A DNA stretch of 64,000 nucleotides, taken from the NCBI RefSeq assembly GCF_006345805.1, contig NC_043020.1, positions 24,428,001 through 24,492,000 on the forward strand, in the 5' to 3' direction. The position numbers were made by a program, and so were the translations under genes. Numbering within the stretch: the first letter of the stretch is position 1; each line of letters begins with the position of its first letter. Source of the stretch: Octopus sinensis (lineage: Eukaryota). The notes below the pieces were generated by a model. It ran no database searches. It had not been told where the DNA came from and worked only from the letters and a program-made list of their open reading frames with translations. Positions 13,276-26,499 of the stretch are shown here, one piece after another.

Positions 13276-15356
13276 GCTCATATATATATATATATATATA
13301 AACTTGTGACTGTCAGTAGTAATCGATATCATAATTAAACGATATTAACAATGTCACCAGCTGCGTCGTCATCATCATCATCAATGTAAACATCAAGACC
13401 ATTATCATCATCATCAGTCACATCACTATCATTTTCATCATTCTTGTTATTTTTGTCCTCCTCAGTATCAGCATCATCATCAGTAGCAGCAGCATCTCTA
13501 ACATTATCAAAATTGATAGGATTTGTTTCCCGGCATGATTTGCCAAAATGTCTAATTGAAGAGAACGTTTGCTCTAACCTCCCACCACTACTCTTTCGAC
13601 TTGGTGAACGACGGGCAGCGATAATGAGATGAGACGGGGGAGGGGAGGCTTGACGATATGAAAGAAGTAGGAGGAAGGAATGAAGGGGAGGGAGAATCAA
13701 AAGTGGGAGTGGGTGCTTGTACGTCACGTGTCATGTGACTGCATAGACGTATGTGTAGGTGGAAAGTACATATGTATGTTTGTGTTTATACATGCGCTTG
13801 TATAGTATTTGTATACATGATTATTTGTATATGCGTGTCTAGTAGGCATGCGTGTATGTGCACATATGTGAGTACATATATTCATGCATTTGTCTGTATG
13901 CATATATATACATGTGTGTGTATGAGTGTTTGCATACATATAAGAGTGCACTAGAATGTGTATATATTTAATTAAACAAGTATGTATGTTCGTGTGTGTG
14001 TGTGTGTGTACATGTACATATCTAAATATTATCAATGATGGGATAATTCACTCGATCGAACAGTTTAACACTCATCGTCGATAGCGACGAAGATCCATCA
14101 TCACTGTCTCATTGGGGTTAAGTTTTGTTCAGACCAACGTTATTCAGTCGCTAGAAATGGAGGAACTCGTTGTTGTTGCTCGTATTGTTTGCCTTCCTTT
14201 TGCTTACTGCTGTTGATCTGTTTATTAGCCGGGGGGGGGGGGGTCTCTTTGTCGTTGTTATTCTTGTTGTCTGTTTTCCGTTACCCCAGGTCACTCAGCT
14301 GCCAAAAGTGAGTAATACCTGTAATTCAAAGGGGCAGACTTGTCAAATTATGTGACACGCTGAATCTCTTTCAGAACTATGTTAAGGCGATTCTCGTGTC
14401 TGTGGAGTACTCAGCCACTTGCACACTGATATCGCGAGCACGCCATTCCGTTGATCGGATCAGCTGGAACACTCGTCGTCGTAACCGACGAAGTGTCAAT
14501 TCTTGTTGTTGTTGTTATTGGTGCTGCTCTGCTGTTGATTTCCTGGTTATCTCGGCTCAATTTCGTCACGGTCGAGCAACAACTCTATGACTAAACCGTG
14601 TTCCAGCCTTGACCATCCTGTCTTTTAAGAGATTTATAATTACATTGGTTATTGCATACCGTCATTTGCTTTGTTATTTTTTTTCTTTTTTAGCAATGGT
14701 ATGCTGTGATGTGAAGGGAGCCGGTTGCTATTTTTAGCAGGCCGAACGAACATGTAGATGCAGTTTGGGTCAAGGTGTCCAAATTGAAACTGGAGAACAG
14801 GAGGTGACAGAGTAGGAGGAAAAGAAGAATAAAGGAGAGGGGAGAAAAGGGTGAAAGAGAAGGAGGAGGAAATAGAAAAGGTGGAGGAAGAAGGAGTCTG
14901 GAAGAAGAGGGGCGAGGAGGAAAAGGAGCAAATGGAAGAAACGACTTCTTTTGGTGTCCAATCGTAACGAAGGTTCTACGTCTTTCATGACTCCTCCCTC
15001 TGTACACACTCTTATCCTCACACCGCTCCCTACCCCACGACCGAATAAGGAGCAGGAGATGGCTTAGTTCGATAGGGGCCAGTGAACAGAGCAAGTTGAG
15101 ACAGGTTGCTCGTCCGAATTGCAAACTGGTGCAATTAGGGCATATGCACAACAAACTTAGATTATATGCAGTAACATGCACGGACTGGCATAATTAATTA
15201 GAGATTCTGTCGTTTGTTGGAGAGGAATGGTTGGGTTAGGGTTAGGGTCCAGGGGGCGCTGGTAAGGCCCAGTGGCTGAGAGGTGAATTTGTGAGAGTGT
15301 GGGTGGGTGCATTGGTGGATTTTGTACACTCTCTGTCCCCCTTTCTGCCTCTGTAA

Positions 15357-15405
<49 letters not shown>

Positions 15406-16623
15406 ATAATAAGACGGAATTGGGTGTCTGGCATGGTGAGGTTGACTAAGGCAGCAAGTTATTGTGTCAGATTCGGCCGAGGTTTGGGGGAGTGAAGCGA
15501 ATTGAGATCGTTGGAGAGTGGAATATAGAATTGGGCAGGATTGGTGATGGGGGTGATAAAGTACATATTTTGCAGAATTTACTAACAAGCTGTACCAAGT
15601 TTATAAACAACGCTTATACACAGATGCACACCCATAAACGTATACATGTAACTAGATACGTGCATTCACAAATAGAGACGCAAAAACCTACACACACACA
15701 CATAGAAAGAAACATACTCAAAAACACACTAAGACACATACATACCCATACCTCCGTATTGACATGTATGTGTGTTTGTACGTCTATGTGTGTGTACCTA
15801 TGCATATGTATACACACACACACAGAGGTACAAACTTGGGCATGCAAACAAATCTGCACACACACACACACACAAACACACACAAACACATACATACGCA
15901 AACGCACACACAAGCGCATGCATACACAGAAAGATAAACTTACATCAGCGTATAAATATACACGCATACACAAAGATAGGCGTGCACTAAGGCACACATA
16001 CATACAAACGTATAGTACCTGTGCGCGCACATACACACACAACTTCACAAACGCACACGTATATGCGCACACACTATCATGCAAACACACACATCCACAC
16101 ACAAACACATAAACACACATATAAAGACACAGACACAGACACCCTATCAGTGATTTGAGATTTCCTGATCAACGTCTGCTTCGTATTTCCGTTATTATTC
16201 CAATTTGTTGTTGTTGCTGCTGCTGTCGTTGTTATCGAAATAATCATTTGATAATGAAGTAATAAGAAGTAGAATAGATCATAGACAGCACGGGGGTTCT
16301 AAAAGACCCAGTTTGGGATTTTCCGCCATCTTTAAAGCCTTCTGTTATAGGAGGTTTTTACGTGTGAGGCGGAGATTCAGAGAAAATTGAAGGTTTTGGC
16401 AACTTCTTAACAAGCTGCCGACAATTTCTAAAGCATGGCATCCACACAAACACACACGCAGAAGCACACCTACACACTTTCGTAGAGACACACTCATTCG
16501 TACAACGCAGTCATTTTGTTATGAGACGTTTTCATAAGTTTGTATTTGAAATAAAGTGGTGCTTGATAATGAAGCTATAGAAAAGACGAAACGTTGTAAA
16601 TAGAATGATATTAAAAGTCTCAC

Positions 16624-16687
16624 TTGCAAGTTATTTCTAAGAATTTCATAAGAAGAATTGGCGGAGTTCTGACCATTTCCAACGTCT
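16624..16687 (-). CDS. Probable next exon of the same FAS1 gene
   Basis: Acceptor cttttccacctaccaatcgcag and donor gtgaga. The 64-nt exon starts in phase 2, matching the phase-2 end of exon 19413-19567, and is open: (E)DVGNGQNSANSSYEILRNNLQ, ending in phase 0. No motif of its own, so support is splice sites plus phase. Confidence 0.55.
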
Positions 16688-17470
16688 CTGCGATTGGTAG
16701 GTGGAAAAGGTGGAAGAAAGGTATACATTTACGTGTGCATGCTTGGATAACGAATTGGGAGATTCGCTAAAACGTTGCACAAAACGCTTTATGTTAGTCT
16801 TCTGGTTCAATGCATTTTGAGTTCAAACAGAGTCGCGGTCTTCCCTCTCTGGTGACGTCTCACGAATCAATATCAGTTATGTTTTTAAAAACGAAATTTA
16901 TACTTGATATAGAAGTAATGAATATAACTTTTTGTTTACTTCGTTGAGTATGACACAATACTATCCAAGTACAAAGTCTTCGGTAATACAAACATATCAA
17001 AAAAGAATCATAAAAATGAATTTACCGAAATCAATTTGTACGCCAGTGAGAGGTTAAACAACAAAAAGACAACTAATTTAAAGGTCAAATAAAAGAACAA
17101 AGACACAAAAGATGACTTAATTAAATTGTTTTCATTGGTTAATTATAAAATGTTTAAATTATCAAATATGCTGTTTAACTTACAATGATTATAAGCTGTT
17201 TAGATCATTTTAATAACTAATGAGTTGTTTAAGTAATTAAATAATTATGTGCATCAATTCTATAAAGAATATAAAATCACTTTATCACACAGTTATTTCA
17301 CATCATTGCAATCATAGTGTTTATTGTACAAATGTATAATCGATTTTCCGGAACCGTTGGTTCCGAAGCGTTTCCGGTTAACTGATTTTTCCCAAACGAA
17401 GAGTGGTCACCTTCGTCGACACAAATATTAAATGAATATTTAATTTACTTAAATAATTAAATGAAATAGT

Positions 17471-17745
17471 GAAGGCGCGTGGCCTAGTGGTTAGGCTGTC
17501 GCACTCATGGTCACCATACCGTGGGTTCGATTCCCAGACCGGGCGGCGCGTTGTGTTCTTGCGCAAGCCCCTTCATTTCACGTTGTTCCTGTCCCACCTC
17601 TCGATCAAGGGCGGGAGGGGTGAATGTTGGCCTGCTCGCCTAGCCAGCGGGGCGGCGTCATTTGAAGGCGAAAACAATGCAAAATACATGGTGACCAGCG
17701 ATGTGCAACAGCATCTGATAGTCTGGTCTGTCACATGATCCTGTG
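17471..17745 (+). mobile_element. SINE family C with intact Pol III boxes
   Basis: gaaggcgcgTGGCCTAGTGGttagg (A box) ... GGTTCGATTCCC (B box), followed by a central segment ttgcgcaagccccttcatttcacgttg resembling CORE-type domains (inference). Confidence 0.85.
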
Positions 17746-18480
17746 GTCACGTGAAATGAAATACAAGCAGCTGCACATTAGTGCGGACTATAAGAGGGTC
17801 TGGACCATTAGATTTCCGAAAGTCAATTCTGCACCAGGATTTATTTAAAGGACGAGTGATTAGGACACTGTGATGTTAATGCGTTTAGTAAACTGATAGT
17901 AACCTGATCGACCGTTTAGAACACTTCGTTGTCAACCTGATTAGAGTACTTATTGAAATATCAATGTATTTAGAATAGTTACTAACTCGTTATTTTAGTG
18001 CCCTGAATACATTGACAACATTTTTAGAATATTCACTTAACAAGGTGTTTAAAAACACAAAACATGTCAAGGTGTTTAAAATAGCAATGTGTTACGATCA
18101 ATTATCAAAATGCCAACACGTTTACAAGCTGTTTCTAGCAGTCATTAGATGATAACTTGTTTCGAATAATCAAATTAATAGCAAATTAGCAATCCATACA
18201 ATTTATAAATACTTAAACGTTTTGCTATTTATTTATTATCCGGAATTTAATTTCTTATTAGATGCTCGTGATGCTGGAAATGATAACCTGTTGACATCAG
18301 TTTAGTAAGCTGTTTAAAGCAGTTTGACAAGATAAGGTTATTAAGAATCGTTAACAGTGTCGGAAGGCAAATAGCTGGAACAAATACACCTCACTGGCCC
18401 CTCTAACAGTTCCATAAATTCAGCAGGGTAAACTATTAGCCTACTTCCATCAAAATTACTGGCCATGTGTAGTAGTAGTA

Positions 18481-18528
<48 letters not shown>

Positions 18529-18539
18529 TATATATATAT

Positions 18540-19020
18540 TTCTTTATTGCCCACAAGGGGCTAAACACAGAGGGGACAAACAAGGACAGACAAATGGATT
18601 AAGCCGATTGCATCGACCCCAGTGCGTAGGCGAGCTGGCAGAAACGTTAGCACGCCGGGCGAAATGCGTAGCCGTATTTCGTCTGCCGCTACGTTCTGAG
18701 TTCAAATTCCGCCGAGGTCGACTTTGCCTTTCATCCTTTCGGGGCCGATTAAATAAGTACCAGTTACCCACTGGGGTCGATCTAATCGACTTAATCCGTT
18801 TGTCTGTCCTTGTTTGTCCCCTGTGTTTAGCCCCTTGTGGGTAGTAAAGAAATAGGTATTTCGTCCTCCGTTACATTCTGAGTTCAAATTTCGCCGAGGT
18901 CGACTTTGCCTATCAGCCTTTCGGGGTCTATAAATTAAGTGTCAGTGAAACACTTGGAGACGATGCAATCGAGTAGTCCCTCCCCACACAATTTCAGGCT
19001 TTGTGTCCATAGTAGAAAGG
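18540..19020. mobile_element. SINE family A cluster: inverted tail fragment, full plus-strand copy, partial tandem copy
   Basis: 18540-18628 is the reverse complement of 18765-18857. Full copy at 18629-18858, second unit at 18859-19020. Confidence 0.88.
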
Positions 19021-19036
19021 ATTATTATTATTATTA

Positions 19037-19068
<32 letters not shown>

Positions 19069-19412
19069 TACAATATTTCACGCATGAAACGTTTCACATT
19101 TTTAATGTAAATTCACAAAATATTCAAACAACTGAAATGCTGTGAAGGCCAAACAGATTGTGATTGAGGCATCAGATTTTATCTGAGTCAGAGAGAAGGA
19201 ATTCTACATCAGATCATCATTTCCAGCCGGTGATTGCAAGGAGGCTGAATCCATAAACAAACACATTTCTGAAATTATGAGCTCTTTGACAAAATTTCTA
19301 CTAGTTCCAAGTTCATGTCTAACGGTAGTGGAATATTTACCATTCTCTCCTTTCACAATTATGGAAGAACACCATTATATCAAACCAATGAGTAAAGAGT
19401 TAGTTTACTTAC

Positions 19413-19567
19413 TCAAATGATAAACTGTTTAGATCGGGATGTTTATGGTACTGCGCCAAAGTCTTATTACTGCCAACCGGAACAACTATTTTATCGATCA
19501 CGTGTAAAACTCCATTGTCCGCTACAATATCAGTCTCCAACAGTGCAGCACCATTCATGTAGTACAT
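19413..19567 (-). CDS. Internal exon of a fasciclin (FAS1) domain protein, TGFBI/periostin/fasciclin-like
   Basis: Translates to MYYMNGAALLETDIVADNGVLHVIDKIVVPVGSNKTLAQYHKHPDLNSLSF, containing the FAS1 H2 motif (DI.A.NGVxHVID.V..P). Acceptor ttttttgttttcttctacag directly precedes 19567 and donor gtaagt follows 19413. Length 155 nt, phase 0 to phase 2. Confidence 0.82.
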
Positions 19568-20503
19568 CTGTAGAAGAAAAACAAAAAAAGACAATTTATT
19601 CACATGCCGAGAATTGTGAAAAGCGCTTACAAAAAAATTTCCTTCCATCAGGTTTGTGTTCAACAGCTTTTCTTTCAAGTTTTTCAAGATTTTTGAAATA
19701 ATTAAAAAAAGATTTAATTTAAGGAAATCTTTTTTGCCATATCGACAATATGTGAAGAAATGTTTCTCATATTTAAGTCATTTACAGACTCGTGCGGGTA
19801 CACAGCGACTACTGGATCATATTTGACATGGAAAACTCAGTAACTCACAGCTGTTACCAATGCAAAGAAAATATCTGTTGTGACTTGTATTTAAAGCCCG
19901 TTCATTCCGTCTTTTGGTCTTATAAATTTTAGATATCTATTTAAAATCATCCTTTCACACCGATAAGATACAGTAACAGTGAAGAACAGGGGAAGATAAT
20001 ATCGATTTTACCCTTCCTTCAAAATAAACACCCTTTGGCCTAAACTGGCAATTATATCCGTCTTCTTTTCGTTTTTTCTGCCACCCACTCGCTTCTACGC
20101 AAAACCAGTTTCTCTCTGTCAAAATCTACTGTCCTATTCAGTCCGCCCTTTGGTAGGTTTTACTCTGCTTAATAAGCACCAGCGCAGACAACAACCTTTC
20201 TAAAAAAAAGAACCTGCCAATATGTGCTTTGCAGATGAATGCGACCGCATGAATATTGCCTGGAACATGCATGAATGCAAATATATTCACAGTCCAGTGT
20301 ACATATGTGCACCAAAATCGTGCTGATGTAGTGTTTTTTTCTTTAAATACATAACTGTTAGAAAAAGTTAAGTAGATGCAACAGTAACTGCATAGCGTAT
20401 GGATGAGCATCTCCATATATGAGGGTATACGTTTGCGCGCGCGTGTATATTACATGTGTGTATGAATATATGTATACATAATTACAAACGTTTATATTCA
20501 TGT

Positions 20504-20578
<75 letters not shown>

Positions 20579-20674
20579 ACATACATATCTTTACACATAC
20601 ATACACTTACACGTTTTTGTGTGTGTGTATATATACAACGTTATGTATATACATATGTATATGTTATATATCAA

Positions 20675-20905
20675 AGGAACAACCTGCTCGTGAAACTAAC
20701 CGGCAAGTGGCTGAGTACTCCACAGACACACATATTCTTAACATAATTTTTCAGGGAGATTCACCATGACACAAGTACAAAACCTTTTTGCCAGATGAAT
20801 GGACTGGAGCAACGTGAATTAAAGTAACTTTGCTCAAGAACATTGCGCCACAGGGAATTGAACTCGCGAGCTTTGGCTAGTGAGCCTAATACGCTAACCA
20901 CTAAT
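20675..20905 (-). mobile_element. SINE family C
   Basis: gtggctgagtactccacagacac ... ggactggagcaacgtgaattaaagt ... ctaaccactaatctacggaccttc. Confidence 0.78.
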
Positions 20906-22039
20906 CTACGGACCTTCACTTTATATAAATGAGCAGAAAATTCAATCGATTGAACAACGAAACTCTCATTCAACCAATAACCGTTTTGTTTATTCTGTTA
21001 TCAGTGAATCCATCGATTCTAGATTTCATTACATGTATTTCCAAAAAACGCTGTCTCGCAGGTTCACCCAGGGATTTGCGTTAAGGGCATGCATATCTGC
21101 GGGGTATTCAGCCACGTGCACGTTAACTTAACAAACATGGAGGGGAACGACCAAAGGATACCCACTGTGGGAACGTAGGTGGTCTTCGTCCTCGGCATAA
21201 ATGTCCACATATTGTCAATATACTATGTGATTAAGTAATTGAGCAAATAGAAATATTTCGATAGATCCATTCCCTTATCTGGAAACAGGTGTCACGGAGT
21301 GCTTATTAAAAGTTCACCATTGTAATATGAATGGGATTTAAAAATAGTTGAGAGTGTTCATTATATATATGGAGATTGATTTCGTTGTATTCCCGACTTG
21401 GTTTTATGTTTTCCCATTTTCATAGCGCTTAGAGGAGAAGAGAAAAAAAGAGAGCGGATGGAAGAGAGAGAAAGGGAGAGTAAGAGGGATAGAAAGTGTG
21501 TGTGAGAGAGAGAGAGGGGGCGAGCGATAACAGAAACGGTCTCACGGATCATTAAGAGAGAGATAGAAAAAGAAGTGGGATGATAACAAAGATGATCTCA
21601 CGGACCGTTCTCGTGTTATTGACCGCTTGATATACATAGAACTATATTCATGATGTTCACTGCTTCCCCGCTACTCAGCTCGTCCACTTCGACTAACACC
21701 GCCAACACTGCCACCGCCACCATTTCCGAAATCCCAACGGCATTATAGAACTTATTCATCATGACAACTAGGGACGACACGATATCAACATGATATAATA
21801 AACCGATATCGTCTTCACGTGATAATCATATAACATTTATTACTGAAACGTACGTGGTTATTACCAATGATGGCGTGACTAAGAAACAGACAACTCACCA
21901 TCCAGCCCCCAAGGATACCCTCCCCTTCCAATTGATTTCCATTATGAACGTTAAATATCACTGAATATTCTGCTATAAAAGTAAGAGATCGTAATATTAT
22001 TATTATTATTAGTAGTATTAGTAGTATTAGTATTATTAC

Positions 22040-22258
22040 GGCGTTAGCACGCCTGGCCAAATGCTTAGCGGCATTTCATTCATCTTTACGTTCTGAGTTC
22101 AAATCCCGTCGAGGTCAACTTTGCCTTTCATTAAGTACGCAACTGGTACTCAATTTATGGACCCTGAAAGGATGAAAGGCTAAGTCGACCTCGGCGGAAT
22201 TTGAACTCAGAATGTAAAGACGGACAAAATGCCGCTAAGCACTTTGCCCGACGTGCAA
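22040..22258. mobile_element. Tail-to-tail inverted pair of SINE A
   Basis: 22045-22130 on plus and 22170-22256 on minus share the core and are separated by about 35-40 nt. Confidence 0.85.
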
Positions 22259-22470
22259 TAATAATGACAACGAGGAGCAGTATGAGTGTGTATAAGAGAG
22301 AGAGAGAGAGGGGGGAGGTGGGCACTGTAGAGTAAAGGTTTGTAGAAAGGATAGGGATGTATTGCAGTAGTACAAGGCAATGATGTGAAGAATGCAATAT
22401 GGCTGACTTAAAGTTAAAATGGATGAGTATATCTACAGGGCAACACCACCAATATGGAAACAAAAGGATG

Positions 22471-22518
<48 letters not shown>

Positions 22519-23847
22519 GGTGACACAGAAAGCCTTCACAGCTAGATGCAGTGAAAAGCAGGGAAGCAACAACAACAACAGCAAAAAGAAGCGCGAAAGA
22601 AATTACTAAGAAGAATGATGGACCAAATCTTAGAGTGTCTCTAATCTAATCTAATCTAGTTAGTGATAATCAGGCCGACAGGATGTGAGTGCGTGTGTGT
22701 GAGTGTGTGTGTGTGTAAACGTACATACACACGTCCATATGTGTGTGTGCGTATATAGATAAATGTATGTTTCTACATATATATATATGAGTGTGTGTGT
22801 AGTATATGTATATTCGTGCATATATGCGTGTGCGTGTGTGTATATATATATATATACATATACACACACACACATATATATACACACACACACATATATA
22901 TATATGGGTGTGTGCATGTGATTTGCATGCACATACATTTATGAATATACGTATGTATATATTTACATTGCATCATATATGCAAATATATATGCGAAAAT
23001 AGACAACTACGTACGCACACTCACACACACACACATACATACATACACGCCTATGTATGTAATAGGTATGTATGTACACAGGCACTCACAGACAGATTGT
23101 GTGTGTGTGTGTGTAAAGAACGCCCCCACCCCACCACCACCGAGTGTATATAACCAGCCTGAGTTTATAACAATGCAATGTGACAGCTAAAGACATTAGA
23201 TTTCGTATTTTCGTTCACTGACTCTTTTACTAAGTACTCACCATTTCCAAAGACACGATTATGGTCCATTTACCGCTTAATTCACTCCAACAAGCAACGC
23301 AAAAAAACAAAAACAAAACTCCATTCTATTCTCCAAATTCTTTCTCTTATCTACGTATGCATGTGCGCATACGTATATATATATATGTGTGTGTGTATTT
23401 TGAGTGAGGCGTTGTTGTTATTGATGTTGTTGTTGCTGTTCCTGTGGTCGTTATTGCTGTTGTAGAATGTTATTTTCATCATTATACACTAGCCTTATAT
23501 ATATTATGTTCGTTCTCATAATCACTTTTTCTTGTCAATCTGTCATTCAGTACACTTAGGAACGCCCGCTCACACACAACACTTACACATAGATACATAG
23601 AGAGAGATACACACACAAACACACATCAACGTATATATCTATATACATACACAGACATGCGTGCACATATGTACACATGAACAGACAGGCATGTACACTC
23701 ACGTATACATCTATGCATATATACAACGGCATACGTATACACACACACACACAAATACTTATATAAAACCGTTTCGAGCAGAATGCTCATTACCAAGGAG
23801 TGAACAATAACCATCGTTGGTGCTAACGATCTTCGTGCAACGTTTAA

Positions 23848-23904
<57 letters not shown>

Positions 23905-24420
23905 CTTTACTATAGGCACAAAGCCCGAATTTTTGTGAGGTAGGGAGGGGCCAGTCGATTAGATCGGCCCCGGTACTAAATTCCGGAATTGGTACTAAAT
24001 TAATCGACCCCGAAAGTATGAAAGCAAAGACGACCTCGGTGGAATTTGAACTCAGAGCGTAAAGACGGAAGAAATGCTGCTAGGCATTTTGCACGGCGTG
24101 CTAACGGTTCTGCCAGTTCCCTGCCATAAATAATCATAAATAATTCCACCTCGGTGGAAGTTGAACTCAGAACGTAAAGACACACGAAATACCACTAAGC
24201 ATTTCGTCCGGTGTACTAACGATTCTGCCAGCTCACCGCCTTTTGGCACAAGGCCAGCAATTTGTGTGAAAGGTGTAGTCAATTACAGTGACCCCAGTAC
24301 AAAACTAGGTCTTTTATTATTGACCCTGAAGGGATGAAAGGCGAAATCGGCAACCGCCGACATTTGAACTCAAAACATTGTGTCGGAATAAATGTCGCCG
24401 ATCATCTTGTCCTGCACGGT
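23905..24420 (-). mobile_element. Three tandem SINE A copies or fragments
   Basis: The reverse-complement core (tttgaactcagagcgtaaagac and variants) recurs near 24045, 24160 and 24362. Confidence 0.8.
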
Positions 24421-24657
24421 TAACACTTATGACACTTAGCTAGCGTACTCTGTATCGAGTATTGAGTGCTAAGCATGAACGTAGAGCACATCGATTGAAC
24501 AAATATCAGCGAAGATATTACGATCTTCATTGCACATCATGGATAAATGAAAGGGGTTTTCATTGGGACATCTGGAGTCGTTGAGAAATTAGCCCAGAAT
24601 ATGGTCTGAAGAAAACAAATTTTCTCTTCTGTATATCATGATATGGCTATACGTAGG

Positions 24658-24688
<31 letters not shown>

Positions 24689-24959
24689 ATGTTAGATAAC
24701 TATATTAATTTTAATTCTCATATTTCTGGTTGATACCATGTAATGCACACACACATACGCGCGCGTGTCAATATATATGCATAGATTAAACAAAACTAAG
24801 CTAAGAGAATTATCTTAAGGGGAAGGGGGTACTGGCACATATTTGAATAACAAAAACATGTCAAATATTCAACAGGAACTTTACGTTGCATCGTATTTGA
24901 CATAGCTGTATTTGTCTGCATAAATAACTCAATACATATTCTAGAGTACATCACAGTAC

Positions 24960-25155
24960 CAGAGTCTTGACCAGACTATCAGATGCTGTAATATACCGTT
25001 GGTCACAATGCGCTTTCAATACTGTCTTGATTGCGCCATTTTTTCCATCATGACCCAAACCGCTTAACCAAATAGTATTCCTATCCTCCGAAGAGACCTT
25101 CCAATTGGCCTTTTCCGATCTCTTGGACACCACTCGGAAACTGCGCGGGTCCACC
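24960..25155 (-). mobile_element. 3' end of an RTE-clade LINE
   Basis: Minus strand reads WTRAVSEWCPRDRKRPIGRSLRR...LFG*AVWVMMEKMAQSRQY*KRIVTN. This matches the RTE ORF C-terminal pattern W..V.EW.PR..KRP.GRP..RW ... AQ.R..W, degraded by stops. Confidence 0.7.
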
Positions 25156-25399
25156 TATTAGGGTTTTGTGTCTCGAGAAATTATGTACTATTATCATTTT
25201 AATCGTTGTATTATTTCTTTCAGACTGTCTGTCAGTGGTTCTCGACCAGGGTCCATATGACAGTTGAGGGCCCTTATGAACCTGGGGTTTCCAATAAAAT
25301 TCTGCTGTAAAACCTTATTTCCAATAAATTGCCTCTATTTCCACAATACATAAAATATTAAAATTTTCTTTTTATATATAATTTCTAATGATATTTTAT

Positions 25400-25545
25400 T
25401 CTTTTACTTGTTTCAGTCATTTGACAACGGCCATGCTGGAGCATCGCCTTTAGTCGAACTAATCGGCCCCAGTACTTGTTCTATCGGTCTCTTTTACCAA
25501 ACCGCTAGATTATAGGAACATAAACACACCAACATCGGTAGAGTA
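25400..25545 (-). mobile_element. SINE family B 3' fragment (similar fragments at 4055-4195, 9030-9075, 11560-11715, 47810-47900)
   Basis: ttttacttgtttcagtcatttgac...ggccatgctggagca, the reverse complement of the family B 3' end. Confidence 0.8.
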
Positions 25546-26283
25546 AAATTGGAATCAAAGGGATCCATAGGTAAAACTGGTTGCGAAGCACTGCTTTAGT
25601 GTATGGAATGATTGGAGCTTAACTGTTGTTTCTCGTTGCTTGTGCGACCGTGTAGAAGCTTCCTTGGTGACTCACAACGGAAGAAATCGATATTGTTGTT
25701 TTTTTAGCCCTAGATTAATCCAGTTCTATCACATGATCAAAGGCACTCCAGCCGTGACCATCTTGTTTTTATGTATCGTGGACGACCCTTAGTTCTTATT
25801 TTTTACGCGCTATGGTGTGAATTGAGAGCAGGTCGAACGTCAGTGGCTGGAAACAAGAAGAAGCGGGAGGAGAAGGATGGAGAAAAAGAAGAAGAAAAGT
25901 TAGAGGAGATGATGATGACGATGATGCTGATGATGGTTATGATGATGATGATGATGATGATGAGGAGGAGGAGGAGGAGGAGGAGGAGGCGGAGGGGGAG
26001 GAGGAGGAAATATCTTGATAAAACTGAACAGAAACAATTTACGAAACCGAAAACGCCATTAAGAACAACAACGATGACGACGATAACACATCGATGGACG
26101 TCACAGGGACAATCATAGAACGGAGAAGATGCAGCATCCCCTACACCGCCACCACCACCATTACCAACGCTAATATCATCATCATCAACAACAACAACAA
26201 CAACACGAAAACAATGAATGCTTCTCAGTTTATCAGATCTGACACAGAAAAAGGAAGAGAAACACCAAAAATAACAATAGAAA

Positions 26284-26357
<74 letters not shown>

Positions 26358-26499
26358 GCCCAAAAGCAGAAAAAGGGAGAAAAGAGCCCTAAAAGCTTAT
26401 CTTATTTTGATCCTGGATATTATAGCTTTAAACATAATGTAGGGACTCGGTTTGGTCACTAACAGAATTATGAGGTTCTTCTTGTCTCTCGGTCGCCAC

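Noticed and set aside
16845-17056. Second piggyBac-like MITE ending gagaggttaa
   Set aside because: Only one plausible end. The left TIR and TTAA are not recognisable.
17471-17545. tRNA gene
   Set aside because: A and B boxes are present, but there is no cloverleaf acceptor stem and it continues into a multi-copy SINE body.
19217-19268. Alternative terminal exon of the FAS1 gene (NVFVYGFSLLAITGWK*)
   Set aside because: Phase-compatible, but the polypyrimidine tract is weak and the stop is immediate. The 16624-16687 exon has better splice signals.
23242-23284. Candidate upstream FAS1 exon (ELSGKWTIIVSLEM) with a perfect G/gtgagt donor in phase 0
   Set aside because: It needs a rare GAG acceptor, and the peptide has no clear FAS1 motif. 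Worth a glance in RNA-seq only.
23765-23800. Hammerhead-like gagca-ttc-tgctc-gaaac on minus
   Set aside because: A hairpin and GAAAC are present, but the CUGANGA core would need three substitutions and no cleavage triplet follows.
24430-24610. Strong minus-strand acceptor followed by a signal-peptide-like MKIVISSLIFV
   Set aside because: All frames from the acceptor stop early and there is no good donor after the ATG frame.
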